A stretch of 64,000 bases of DNA from the human T2T-CHM13v2.0 reference genome, Homo sapiens. The position numbers were made by a program, and so were the translations under genes. The stretch is from assembly GCF_009914755.1 (NCBI RefSeq), contig NC_060938.1; one strand, 5' to 3'. The notes beneath the pieces are model-generated. The model did no database searches. It saw nothing but the letters and a program-made list of their open reading frames with translations, and was not told the origin of the DNA. Below, piece by piece: positions 32,353-46,774 of the stretch (within the stretch, counting starts at the first letter, position 1; each line of letters opens with the position of its first letter).

Positions 32353-32884
32353 TCTCTTGAGGAATGGCAGAAATTCGGTGCTGCATTTCAAATTGAGACA
32401 ACTTATTTAGGGTAATCACTCAAAATAACAGGATAATGTCTGAATGAAACAGAACTTTACTCCCAATAAATATAACAATTTAATTTTCTATTATAGGAAT
32501 ATTATTCTTTTACAACCAACCCTTTTTATGACCAATAACTTGTCTTTCATCATTTCTGACCATATCTAAAGATGGAATCTGAAACCCTGAAGAATTTAAA
32601 AAGGAAACAGAAAATTTTGTAATGGCAAAAAAAAAAAAAAAAAGTAGTAATGGGGTGACAGATCATTACAGCTATTTAATTAAATTAATTAGTTATTTTT
32701 ACTTGCAACTTGAAGCTACTTGGAATATCTAATTATCTTTATTTATCATAGTTAGCTACAGAGACTGAAATTTAAAGAGAAAGAAAAATAAAGAAGTCAA
32801 AGGAAAATGGGAGAAAATTAATTTAGCCCAAACCAGAACTAAAACCTAAAATAAATTTGCCTAAGAATAAATAAACACCACTGA

Positions 32885-33105
32885 GTTAAAAAGTAATAAT
32901 CATATATTTCAAAATAACTAGAAGAGTGGAATTGGAATGCTCCTAACACAAAGAAACGATAAGTGCTTGAGGTGATGGATATCCCAATTGTCCTGATTTG
33001 ATCGTTACGCATTGTATGAATGCATCAAAATTTCACATATTCCCCATACATATGTACAACTATTAGGTATCCATAAAAATTAAAAATTCAAAAAGCAAAA
33101 AATAT
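32885..33105 (+). mobile_element. L1MA 3' tip
   Basis: TATTTCAAAATAACTAGAAGAG...GCTTGAGGTGATGGATATCCC followed by an A-rich end. Confidence 0.8.
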
Positions 33106-33734
33106 GATAAAAGGCATAGAAACTAACTGTTGATCCCTCAAACTTTTTTTGGAACAAGGAGAAAAATAAATAAGGAGATAGAAGTATTAATTACTTAACA
33201 ATTTTATAAACTTCAATCTGAGTGTTCAGAAGAGATTCATTAATTAAGCATATAATGTCCCAAACACATAACAGGAGCTAGGCAATAAGAAGTTCATCAA
33301 TAAGTAAGTCAGTGGCTGTCTCAAAATCTGTCTCATAATCTGGTCAGAGAGACAGACACATCTATAAGTAATATAATAACACATGAAACAAAGTATTAAT
33401 GAGAACACACTAGAGAGAAATATTTATTCTAACTGCCAAGACCAATAAAGACTTTACTTAACTTGGACATTGAAGACTGGGTAGAATACCGAAGGAAAAA
33501 AAGGTAGAAAAGACATCCCAAAATGACAGAACAGCATAAGACAAGGCATGGAATTACAGAAATGGATGGACATTCATAGAAAAGCAAGCTTCCCATTATG
33601 GCCTCAATGCCACAATGGTAGTGTAACAGGATATTAAAATGAGAATTTTCTTGTTGTCTCAGTTTCAGCCAATGATCCAAAGCTGAGAACAAGTTCAATG
33701 TACTAGAAATGAGGTGACAGATCATCTAGGCTAC

Positions 33735-34800
33735 AGTTGGTAAGAATGTGGCCAAAAATTGCTCAGGCTATCTTTAGCTCACCTTTCAAATAAAAACTAT
33801 AAACATATACTGAGGGAAGGCAGCTTATAGATTGATTGAGAAGGAAGTAGCACCGTGATGCACTCAGAATTTAGTCTATGATCTAGAATATAGGGCACTC
33901 AAGGAGTGGTAACTAATTAAAGACTCATGCCCTCAGTCTGGGCTACTACTTTAGAATTGGCCAGTACTTTAGTAGGTTGGTGGAGTAAAGAAATATATTT
34001 TCCCATGGGACAGATAACCCCTAGGAAAACATTAATCCATTTTTAAAGGAACTTACCTAAAGGACTATAAAAAAAGAAAAAAGAAAAACAAGGTAACTCC
34101 AAAACAAAGAGGACAGAGATAAACCAGAAAGTCAGAAACTAAGCAGGGTAGTCAAAACCAGACAAATAAAGTGTCAACCGCATCAAGGAACTATAGTTGG
34201 GTTATCTCCAAATACTAGAAGTCTTTGATGAATCCAGAAAAGCAAGAGAAGAATCCATTAAGACTTCCAACATACTTTTACTACCAATTAGTTCTTCCCT
34301 ACTTCTAATCCCTGAACTTCAGAAAACCTAGGTGATGCACAGTGAGGAGGGTGAAAACATAAGGTTAAAAAAAAAAAAAAATTAATGCAACAGCCTACTA
34401 GCTGACCAACCTATTTCCTTCCTTATTCAGGTTTTTAAACCCTCTTTGAGCAAGGTTGATGTAGAAAAGACATTTTATATTGGAGGAGAATTTAAAACTT
34501 TAATTCATTAAACATTTTCTTCATTATTTGAAAATTTAGTCTATTTTAAAATGCCAGAGTGAGAAAAGAAGGAATGAAAGAATGAGAGAGAGAAAGAAAA
34601 AAATTGAGAAGAAAAAAAGCAAGCAGCAGCAGAGAAGCAAGAATAGAGTAGAGATGCAAATAACAGCACTTAAACAGCATTTTATCAAGGAGCAGAAAAC
34701 ATAATATTCAGAATGGAACTGCATGTAAAGTGACTAGAGAGAATAAAGTAACTCTCTGCTTGCACCCTGAATGAGTCTATCTCTTCTAATAAACCCGTTA
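33735..34800 (+). mobile_element. Possible ancient LTR (LTR78-like)
   Basis: 3' text AATAAAGTAACTCTCTGCTTGCACCCTGAATGAGTC...AATAAACCCGTTA resembles a recalled LTR78-type end; heavily decayed. Confidence 0.35.
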
Positions 34801-35019
34801 GAGTGATAAATGGTGGGCAAAGAAGACCAATTGTATGGCCATCATTTTGTTATGATTATTGTGGGACCTGAAATACATTTTATAAATATAGAATCCAAAT
34901 TGCTTTACTTAAGGAGTAGCACTCATATTATATATGTTGTGAATTTGTTTAGGGAACACATCTACTTATAAAATGTTCAAATATTTCCTGAGTTACAGAA
35001 ACTCTTAAGTAGTGGAGGA

Positions 35020-35480
35020 AAATGGCAAATAAGACAGGCTCCACCCTCTCTGACTTTACATCTAGTAGAGGAAACAGACAAGTACAAAGGCAGTTACATT
35101 ACATGCAATAATTGCTGAAAAGAATAAACACAGAAGGATCATCCAAGAAAATATATAAGTGAGGAAGAAGGGACAGAAGACATCTTAGTGAAGAAGAAAT
35201 AGAAAGCAAAGCCTGACAGATGAGGTTGAGTTATACAGAGGATAGTAGCCTAGGGATAAAGGGGAAAGTGAGTAGTTTAAAAGAATGGTGCATTCCAATA
35301 AAGGCCAAAAGAAAGCATGATATATCCTGGGAACTATAAAGACTACAGTATCAATAAATCAATATGTGCAGTTTTCAAGGAAAGAAATGGGGCTGAAGAC
35401 ATAAGGGTGAGCCAGAACACACACCATGACACAGAATTTGGATTTTATCCTGAGGACAATGGGGGCCACTGAAGGTTTGG
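35020..35480 (-). mobile_element. L2 fragment
   Basis: TTTACATCTAGTAGAGGAAACAGACA...GAATTTGGATTTTATCCTGAGGACAATGGGGGCCACTGAAGGTTT. Confidence 0.6.
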
Positions 35481-35494
35481 TAACACTCATTTTC

Positions 35495-35680
35495 ATACAC
35501 TGCACATCTATTATATGCTAAGCACTCTTTCACATATGTTTTATTGTTTTTTCCTCACAACAACCCTGTGAGGTAGGTGAAATGATTCCCAATTAACAGA
35601 TTTAAAAAACAACCTTAAAGTTGTTAAGCAATTTACACTTGATTAATAGCTACAAAGTGGCAGTAAGGATTCGAGATCAC
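35495..35680 (-). mobile_element. MIR SINE
   Basis: TCCTCACAACAACCCTGTGAGGTAGGT...CCCAATTAACAGAT, the MIR core. Confidence 0.75.
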
Positions 35681-36629
35681 ACTTCAGAAAATACATTAGA
35701 AAGATTATATACACATATATACACACACACATTTACCCACAAGACATATAGAAATTTCAGAATTACAGAAAAATTTTAAAGTAATAAATGCTTAATTCAG
35801 TTAAGATTAATTAAAGATAATGAGGTTTCTGGCATCAGTAGTCTTTTACGCAAACTTATACATTTAAAATTTTCAATGAATTCAATTTATATTGAAAAAT
35901 AACTGCAAAATTTATAAAAATAAGCAGAAATCATTTGATATATAAAATAAGAAAAGCAAAGATATGAGTATTATATCTCCATTAATCTATTGGAAACCAT
36001 TTAGAAAAAAACATTTTTCATTTTTAATTCTAAAACATTTAAATTCAAATTCCATATATTAGTCTAGGAATATAAATTATATTTTGGATAATAAGAAATG
36101 GTGTATAAAATACTAAAGCTTGATTATCAAATGAAGTAACTCAAATATTGACCACTTAGGATAAAAAGAATTGTCCACCTAATCCTACATTGAAAAATCA
36201 TCTCCCTATTGCTTACAGTAAAACATCTGAAGGTGTTTCGTCTCTCTAACAAATAAAATTTGTTCAGATAAATCTGATAAGAAAAATAATTTTTAAAAAA
36301 TTATCTATTTGAGAGGGATATAAAAATATGTACCTAATTTAAAAGAGTATTTTGTAAAACTGAGAACATCTGAGAATTTAAAATTATGGACTAAAATTCT
36401 ACTTTAAAATGTATGTTCTTTAAAATTAGTTTAAATTGAATAAATTCTGCAATGAAAAATATATTGCCATATAGTTTCCTATTTTCTCACCAATTTCACT
36501 ATTTCTTCAGCTGGTTCTAGTATCTCTTCTTAAAGCCTCTAATGGAAAGCTAGATGTTGCCAGGACATTATCACAAGAGGTCTAAGTATTTATCATTCAT
36601 ACATAAGTACTGAAAAATTCATATAACTT

Positions 36630-36942
<313 letters not shown>

Positions 36943-38716
36943 TTCATATAATTTATGCATTTGCTTCATTTTTCCTATTACAAATAGAAAATTATAATGA
37001 GAAAGGATGAAAAATAAGTATTTCCTTAAAGTTTAATTATTCATAACCTATAATTTATTTCTGAATTCCAAAATTATTAAGTGAGTGCTAATTAAGTAAT
37101 AATCCTGCCCACAATTCTGGCCTTTCACAGTATGAGGAAGGCCCTTTGAAAATCACCAATAGAGATAAGAGGTATCTGTTTTATGAAATGGTGATCATCT
37201 CTAAATAAACTAAACAAATGTTCCAAAAAATTAATTTAACTGAAACACCGACAGTTTATTTTTGATTACACAAGCAGTATATTTTCATTAAATTCAATAA
37301 TACAGAAATATATTCAATAAAAAGTTCCCATCTGATTCTTTTTCAAATCCCATACACTATGGGTATAATAAAATACAAGATTCATATGGCTAAATATTGA
37401 ATCAAGTAAGTTGCCAAACTTCTATCATCTACATAAAGTCTAAAATATAAAAAATAACTTGTATAATTTAAAAATAGATACCAGGACACACAAAGCAGGT
37501 ATAGTTTGTGCCTTTTCAACCAAAATTTAGTATATAAAACATATAATCTATTCTGTCAAATACTGATGACTTCAGTAAATAAAATGAATGGGATTAAGTA
37601 ATACTTACAATTACACTGTAGAAAGTGCCAAAGAATCAATTATAGCAATTCGAATATTTCATATATTGATAAAAATACTCTCTTGGCTAGAGATACATAG
37701 GTATATTACGTGTAAACTGTAAATTTTTAAGTATTGACATTTACTTCTTTAGTGCTTTGACTATTAAATGAAATACTAAATCTATGCAAGTAAAGAGGGT
37801 AAGCCTCATTACAATATGAGTTTTTGGTAACCTTTAAGTAAATTTCCACTCAGTGTAAGTAAAGCCTTTTATTCTTACTCACTTTATGCTTCCATGATGA
37901 ATAAGATACTAAGAACTGTGCTGTATTGTCCAAAGATTATATTTCATAACAATGGAGTTATCTACACTACAAAATTAGATAGATAATTAAAAATCTTTGT
38001 AGGAAATCCGACCCCCTCTATTGATTCTAAAACATTATCACTCAGCATTTAATTAACACAAATAATATTCTAATTAGAATAAAGTCACTTAAGCCCAAAT
38101 ATCTTGGTAAGGTACAATTCTAAATACATACACTACTAACCCTGAATTAAAAGGAAAACACTTAAAATGTCCCTAGAAAATCATTTCTTCTACCTACCTC
38201 ATTTTACAAGTAAACAAACTGTAGAATGAAGTTATTTTTTATCTGCTTTGACTAAGAATATATAAACATAGATATGTGCACATTATAATTTAACTTATGA
38301 CACATAATTTAAAGTTACCTAAACCAAATGACACCATATTTAATATGATTAAGACTCTGTGAAGTTTGAGATTCTAATTTCTTCACATAGAACAGTCTAT
38401 AAATGTAGCAGAAAAGAGATAAAATGTCATACTATTGACTAAAAAAAAACCCTAAAATAACAAAATATAACATTCCTTATCATGTTGTGTAACAACAGAC
38501 ACAGCTGTTTCTAATGATATTTCTCTATTTTATAAGGCATAAACATGCCAAACTATTACTAAAGACAGCACTCTTATAAAAGTGCTTTTACAAAAGAAAA
38601 TCTCATTAAATAATTAAATGGGAGAGACTAAAACTACAGTAAGCAGAAATTCAAATATTTACTGTTCCTTCTCTTCCCCACTTTTTTCCCCAAATGTTAA
38701 AGAAAAAAAAAAAATT

Positions 38717-39077
38717 GAGCAGAGCACAGTGGCTCACACCTATAATCCCAGCACTTCAGGAGACCAAGGCAGGAGGATCGCTTGAGGTCAGGAGTTTGAG
38801 ATCAGGTTAGTCTCAAACAGTGAGACCCTATCTCTACAGAAAGTAAAAAGAAAAAAGAAAAAAACTAGCCAGTTGTGGTAGCGCATGCCTGTAGTGCCAG
38901 CTTCCAGCTACTTTGATAGCTGGGAGGCTATCTTTGATACTTGCAAGGCTGAGGCAGGAAGATCGCTTAAGCCCAAGAGGTTGAGGCTGCAGTGAGCCAT
39001 GATCACATCACCATCCTCCAGACTGGGTGACAGAGAGAGACCTCATCTCAGAAAAATTAAAAATAAAAATAAAAAAG
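38717..39077 (+). mobile_element. AluJ with an internal rearrangement
   Basis: GGAGGATCGCTTGAG and GAGGCTGCAGTGAGCCATGATC (J diagnostics); ~35 extra nt at 38900-38945. Confidence 0.9.
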
Positions 39078-39571
39078 AAGTCAAAATTGGTGTTTCTAAT
39101 CCTAAGAATCAAAACTAGTTCATCATAAACTGGCTTTGTTGCAAAACTCCAAAAGAAAGTATTAAAACCAAGACATAAAACACTGGAAGCAAGGTTAATT
39201 AAGACGTTCCTGTTGAATTACAAGTTTTTTTTTTTTTTTTTTGCTATTTTAAGAACATGGCTCTGAAATCTTATAATATTGATTTGGTTACTTAAAAATA
39301 TTTAAAAACAATATGATTAAGTTCCATTCAAAGTGAAGAATATTGATAAAAGCATTTTAGTTTCATTTGCTTTTAGAATAAAAAGGAGTGCATCCATCTA
39401 TTTGTTATTTAATTTTGTACCAATCAGAAGACCTTAAAATAAAATTTAGAGCCAGGGAGAGCAGCACTAAGTTTAACTGACCTCAATACACTTTTAGATG
39501 ATGTTTCCCAGTTATTTGTTATTTTCTCTTATTGGGCTTTCCAGTCTAGGGCAGGTACACAAGAAACTTAC

Positions 39572-39753
39572 AGTCTATGTAGTACTCCTAGTCAGTTTCA
39601 CTCTGCAGATGGCACAGTGGAGAAATACCTTCTGTACAGCACCATGTACAATTTCTTCTGCAGCTGTCAGCACCTAGGGGAAAGTGCGCTGTTAAACAGT
39701 TGCTGCGTTCCACCTCAGAAGTGGCTGCAATTCGGTGGTGGGTGAAGTGACTC
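39572..39753 (-). other. Candidate cassette exon (stop-containing or non-coding) or enhancer-like unique island
   Basis: Acceptor CTTTTCATCCCTGTATGTATGTACAG|G (alternative ATTTTCATTTTCTATAG|T at 39781), donor ACT|GTAAGT; GC content clearly above the flanks; not a recognisable repeat; stops in all three frames. Confidence 0.4.
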
Positions 39754-42449
39754 CTGTACATACATACAGGGATGAAAAGTACTATAGAAAATGAAAATAT
39801 ATAAGAACAAAGTGGCTGTCTGAAAACTTTGCCACAGCAAAACAGAATACATCACTCAGTCACAAGAGACCTACACAGATGGGCTGTCATTCATTTAAAA
39901 ATTGAATGCTAAGAATGGTTGCAGGAAACATAGAAATATACTTACTCAATTCACAAAATAACAATAAACCAAATGTTAAAACGTATATGTTAAAAAATAA
40001 AACCCAAATACTTATATTGATTTATAACATTATTTCTACAGAAATTTACCTAAAACCGGGCAAACATATACAACAAGATTCTTTATTCTGCTCAGCTAAT
40101 TATTTTTTGGTTCAGATGAGAATTCAAGGGAGAAAAAAACAAAATAGGTAAGACATCAAAACTGAAGCACAAGTACCATAAAATATCTAAAAGGGATTTT
40201 TAAAAAGTTATTCTGAAATTCCGAATTACTTTATATTTGAAAAAGAATTTTTTGAAATTAGTCCTCAACAACTACTGATGTTTTATAAAAAGACAACTTT
40301 TCTTCTCCAAAATCAAATTAAGATAGACCCTAAACACAGTCTTCATCCTTAGCCCATATAAAGAATGAATCAACCAAGTTTGAGATCACTTTAGCTCATT
40401 AGTACAGAAAATTATTACCACATTCTGCTTTTACTACAACAACCTGTCCACACAATTTATCTTTGATGGAATCAGAAAATCAAATTCAATAATTATTCTC
40501 TGAGAAATATCACTGAATCAAAAGGCTGTAAGGTACTATCTCATCTCCTAGCTCTAGGCACAGCTACTATGTATATACTACTCTGAAGAGGTAACTTTAC
40601 ATTATTCAAAATATTCACACCTAGGTTTCTTTCTGAAACAGACTGAGGGTGCTTTGTGACAAAGTCCAACAAACCTGACCATTAGCATACCATAAGTCAA
40701 ACTTTTCTGAATCTCACTTCCTAATTAAATAGAATTTATTTGATTTGGCATATACTCAGTGGAGTTAGAGATAGCTGACAATTTCCTTTCAGCTTTCTTA
40801 AATTCTTTCTATAATAAAGCACAGTGTAAATATATATTATTTTCCTTAAGTGACAAGATGTGGCTCTTTATTTTAAAAGACATAGACCAGAGATTCCCAA
40901 TCTAGAGTCCACATATGAAATTTAAGAAATCTAGGAATTCTAGGAAACTGCATACTAAAATAAAAATACATGAGTCCATACATACATTTTCAGGGGAAAT
41001 GGGCCATAAGATTTTGTTAGGTTTTAAAGGGCTCTGTAACCTCTCATGTAGTTTAAGAAACTTTGATGAATTATACTCAAGAAACCCAACTGAACAAGCA
41101 GAATTAATCCTTCTAAAATTAAATGTGTAAATGAGCAGCTGTTTCTTCTCATGTAAAATGAATAATAGTAACTTGAAGGGATAGTCCAACTACAAAATGA
41201 ATTAATGCATACCAGACACATGATATAATACCTGGCCTATTATTACCAGTAATAGTAATAATTGTTCAAAAGAGCTACCTCAAATAACTTTGGGATTCCA
41301 CCTTTGTTTACTGCTACGTAATTTCATAATATTATTTTTGATTTAGCCATGTCTTCTAAAATAGATCGATATCACAAACTATGCATTTCTGCATTATTTT
41401 CAAAATAAAAATGTTAAGTATAAGTTTTAGAATCCTGCCACATACCTATGGATTCTGCATTTCTCAAAAAGCCACACTGGTCCCTTCTCACACACTGTAC
41501 TTACTTGGAATAGAGTCAGATATAATAAACATTTTGCTTTGATTTTTATATAAATAATGTCATTTCATTTATCAGTCTTTTATTTATATAACAGTATACA
41601 AACAAAAAATCTAAATTTGAAGAATCTAGCAAGGGATCACATTTTTTTAAAAAGTAATGCACATAATACTTTTATTTGTATGTATCATTTTCTCTACTCC
41701 TTTTAGGTATTTTTCTGTAGATATAAAGATATAATAACCATTCATACATACATATCCTCCAAAAAGAAAAAGATTATTCTCACCTTTAAAATAATTCACA
41801 ATATTACAAAACAGTATTATAAAACAGTGTATGCTCCTCAAGACTGTGGTGACTTAAATACTCATTTATAAAATGACAAGTAAATTCTTAACAAATCCTA
41901 AAGATACTCAGTGAGGAAAAAGACTTGCTAATACATATAAATTAATAGCATACAACAACTATATGGGTGGTTCCTAACTACTTCAAATGTAAAGAGTGTT
42001 TTCTACTCTTCTCATAGTAGAAGTTCCATTAATGTATTCACACAGTGAAAAATATATAGCAGTAGGTTTTATGTAAAAAGGCACAGAAGTAAAGAGAAGC
42101 ATAGTTTAGCATTCAGAATACTGCAATGAAAAGGATGTGAGTGGAATAGAGTTCATGTAAGAACCACGGAGAGAAGAAGAATAGGCACAGGACCAATTAT
42201 GTTAAGGAATTTTCGAATGTTTTACCCCAATAGTGGCATTTAAGTAAGTATTTTATAAAAAAATAATTCTAACAGCATAGAAAATCAATTAGAGGTATGG
42301 ATGATTCAACTGGGGTGATGATAATGGGAATATGCAGTTAGAAATAATAAAAGTGATAAAAATTAAAATTATACTATGTAGAACACTGGAAAAGTAAATA
42401 ATGTAGGATAAGTCAAATATATTTTCTAAAGATTGAATCTAATAGCTAG

Positions 42450-43090
42450 AATTCATTAATTCATTTATTCACTCAACAACAAAAAATCCATTGTTTCCTA
42501 TGGGTCAGGAACTATTTTAGGCACTGAGTAAAGTGGTGAACAAAGAAGTCAATGTCCTGCCCTCTTGAGAATCATGTTAATGTAAGTGATATAACTAACT
42601 ATTAAATATACAATTTAAGGTATGAAAATTAGTGTATAAACCAAAAATAAAGCAAGTGATGGGAAGAGAACAAATATACTATTTTAAATGTATTCAGAGA
42701 ATACTAAGGAAGCAGCATTACTTAAATAATGAATGAATGAAGTGACTCTACTCTCTGGGGTTTTAGAATACCACATACAGATGGCAGATGGTAGAATGAT
42801 AGCAAAGCTCTGAGATAGGAACATGCGATCAAAAACTTAACCTGCAGTCAGATCACCTGGGGCCTTCCAAGCCATAATAAGGACTTTGGGTTTGTTTTTT
42901 GTTTTTACTGTTTTAGAAAGCCATTACAGTATTTTGACTGAGGGAATGATATAACCTGTTTAAAAGGGTTACAACAGCAGCTGTAGTGGAATGAACTTCA
43001 CTGTAGCTAGGAAGAATAAAACTACTAGGCAAGACAGGTAAAAGAACATAATGAGATATCAGGTAGCACTTTTCCAATCGCCCAGGGGCT
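42450..43090 (-). mobile_element. L2 fragment
   Basis: TTCATTTATTCACTCAACAA...TTTAGGCACTGAG...AAGGACTTTGG...AAGCCATT. Confidence 0.65.
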
Positions 43091-43756
43091 GGCAATTAGA
43101 ACCGAAGGCTAAGAACAAAGGCATCTATCAAGTATTTTATATTTGGAAGACAGACTTAAACAAATGAGAGCCAACTCCACCTCCATAACTTAAACATCTT
43201 TACCTTCCTTAGTTCTTCCTTATCCAGAAGTGCCTTCTCCTGTCCCCATCATGAGGCAATCATCAGAGTTTGCTTCACTGACTTAATGTAGCTGAATAGT
43301 GCTGTTGCTGAGAGTCCAAATCAAGCGAGAGTTCATCTAAAAGATTAGTAAGAAGGGAAGACTGGTATCTCACCTCTCAGTTGGACCTCTGCTTGTGTGT
43401 TAGAGTTGCTTATTATCCCATGCCCACTTCCCTTCTCTGTGCCTATTTGAAGAGAGGGAGAAAAGACATGGAGTTGGAAGACAAGGTACAGATAATTGGA
43501 CTCCCTCTCTGCAAAAGCAAAGAGTGTAGTGAATGTGAAAGTAGCTGGACTTGAGCCTCCAGTTGATGGGGACTCAAGCAGCCAGAGGCTATGAATATAG
43601 TGGAGAGGTAGAAATTGAGAAAGAATAGAAAAAGACAATTCAGAAATGGTTGGTATGACACTCCAAAAACAACCCCCATGCTCCCCACCAAAGTTTTGTA
43701 CATGTACCTCATCAGAGAGCTAGTACTCCTCTCCCGTCCTCATAGAAGGAGGACTA

Positions 43757-44032
43757 GGCCGGGCCAGGTGGCTCAAACCTGTAATCCCAGCACTTTGCAG
43801 GGCTGAGGTGGGCGGATCACTTGAGGCCCCGGTTCAATATCAGCCTGGCCTACATGGTGAAACCCCGTTTCTACTACAAATACAAAAAAACTGGCTGGGC
43901 ATGGTGGCATGCACCTGTAATCCCAGCTGCTCAGGAGGCTGAGGCAGGTGAATTACTTCAACCTGGGAGGCAGAGGCTGCACTGAGCCAAGACTGCACCA
44001 CTGCATTCCAGCACGGGTGAAAAAAAAAAAAA
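43757..44032 (+). mobile_element. AluS, 3'-clipped, with a purine-repeat tail
   Basis: Alu body ends at CCAGCACGGGTG and runs into poly-A; TSD-like GGAGGACTAG at ~43748 and ~44103. Confidence 0.9.
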
Positions 44033-44109
44033 GAAAGAAAAGGAAGAAAAAGAAAGAAAAGGAAGAAAAAGAAAGAAGGAAGGAAGGGAGGGAGGGAGGG
44101 AGGGAGGAC
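44018..44109 (+). repeat. Pure purine tract: An, (GAAA), (GGAA), (GGGA)n
   Basis: ~90 nt of only A and G. Confidence 0.9.
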
Positions 44110-46774
44110 TAGTCAGTGTGAGGCAGTGGAGCACAAACAGAAAAAAAGGGAACAAAAGGTACTACTTACATAAGAAAGCCTTTTCCCTTTCCACCTTTCC
44201 CCTTACTTCATCAGCACACAGGAGGAGAAATAGGTATATGAGAAAAAAAAACAAAACAAAACAGATCATTCTCCACTCACTGGATTGAGCAAAGAGAATG
44301 ACTAGACTTCAACCTCTTCCAACACTCTATAATCTCCTAGAAAAGTCCAAGTCATATTGACTGAAAGAAGAGAAATTGAGTTATAGGTTGGCTATGAGGT
44401 TAAATTCAAGTTAAACTGACTTTACTACATTAAAGTCAGATTAAATTGAAGTGCTCAGAAATCTATGACATCATCTTGAGAAGAGTAAAAGAAACAAAAA
44501 AGAGTGATTTGACTAATCATAAACAAAAAAGGTCACACTGGAGAAAAATAAAACCACTCCATGTTCCCATTCCCACTTAATTCACCATCCCAATTCATAC
44601 TGTATTATAAAATGGTTAGTACCAATGAGGTAGTGATTTTGACTATTCATTTCTCTAAAACATTCTATGAATACTAGGCTGAATACCTAAATTACCACAT
44701 TCTTATTTATTATTCTTAGGAACAACCAGCAATTACCTAACTATGGCTATTTTGTGGAGATTTCTTAGCGTTTTCCTTGCGTATAAAAGCTACAGAAATA
44801 TTTGTCTATTTGTAAACAGTAATATTAAGCAATTAAATAACATGAATATGTTTCGTGCATTTGTAGAAAATACTAGGTTTTACAGAAGCTAAAACATAAT
44901 ATCTCCTAAATAAGACACCAAACTTAGAAGCTTGTAGATCAAAAAGGCTCTACAGAAGGAAAGACTAAAAAAGAAAGAAAAAAGAGTTTAGATGGATTCT
45001 TGTTTTATAGGAACACTTTCAATATTCATGTTGCAGTAACCTAAAATACAATTGTAGAGAATACTTTGCTCTGACTTATAGTTTAATAACAGAATCTTCC
45101 CCTAAATGGAATCATGCTCTCTCCAGGCATTTAATAGTTAAATTAAAATTTAATGGGCATTCTCTTAAAAATCAGGCAATTCCTTTTAAATAAATTAAGG
45201 TATCAGTATTTTACATGATTAAATTATGCATGGCCTTGTCTCTTTTTAAATGTCACACTTTTGAGAATACAGAATCCTATTACATTGATGTTTATAACTG
45301 TTCATGTAATGTTCTCATTCATTTAACAATCACTCATCATCCTAAATTATGACATGTATATTCAACACATATTTTATCAGTCATTCCTTCTCAGAGGTAC
45401 AACACACTGAAGAGAAAGTGTGAGTCAAAAATTACAAAACTAAGTTCTAAATTTATACGTTTTTTCTACTCTACTTTCTCACAGGATGTAGAAAGAAATA
45501 TCAGTTACAAGTAAATTTTAAAGTGTAAGAAAAATCATGGAAACTCAATTCATCCAAACTAACACGTTAATTCACTGTTAGTTAATAATATCAACCTACA
45601 TAACTTGAAAACAATCAAGTTGTGATGAAATACCTCTAAGCTTTTCTAGCATAAGTAATATTTAATTCAACAACAGTTATCACTTATGTCAACCAGGAAT
45701 AAATAATCTGCTACCGTAATTTGTTATCACACAATTATTGGGGCTAGTTCTAAGACTTATGTTAACGTTTCTTACAATTGTGCAAAAAGTGGTTGTTCTA
45801 ACACCAAAAAAATAGAAAAAGTTCAATATAAAACTAACAAAATATGTTCATGTGCTATGTGAGAAGAACCACAATATTCCAATGAAAGAAATCAAAGACG
45901 ATCTAAGTAAATGACCTATTTCATGTACTCAGAGAGGAAGACTCACTGTTGTTAACATGTCAGATCTTCCCTACTTGATCTATAGATGCAATGCAATACC
46001 CATCAAAAGTCCAGTGAGTTATTTGGCAGATATCAATTAACTGATTCTAAAGATTTATACAAAAAAAGCAAAAGGCCCAGAATATTAAAGGAAAAGAACA
46101 AAGCTAGAAGACTGACACTATCCAACTCAAAACTTTACAAAACAATAGTAATCAAGACAATGTGGTACTGGTAAAATAACAGACAACTTGATCAATGGAC
46201 AGAACAGAAATAAAGAAAGCCCAGAAACAAACCCACATCAACATAGTCAACTGATTTTTCACTAAAGAGAGGAGGTAATTCAATACCGCAATGATAGTTT
46301 GTTTCAGCAAATAGTGTTGGAACAACTCGACATCCACATGCCAAAAAATAAAAAATAAAATAAAAAACTAATCTAAATACAAATCATAAACCTTTCACAA
46401 AAATTAACTCAAAATACACCAAAGATAAAACTCTACAACTCCTAGAAGATAACATAGGATAAAATCAGGGTGACCTTGTGCTTGATAATGATGTTTTAGA
46501 TACACCAAAAGCAGATCCATGTAAGAACAAAATTGATCAGCCGGACTTCATTAAAATTAAAACTTCTGCTCTGTGGAAAACACTATTAAGAAAATGAAAA
46601 GGTAAGCCACAGATAGGGAAAAACACATACCTCATAAAGTACTAGTATCTAAAATATCAAAAAAGCACTCACAATTCAACAATTAGAAAAGACGGACAAA
46701 AGGTCTGAAAAGACACCTCATTAAACAGATAAAATGATGTCAAAAAAGCGTACGAAAAGATGCTCAATATCTTA

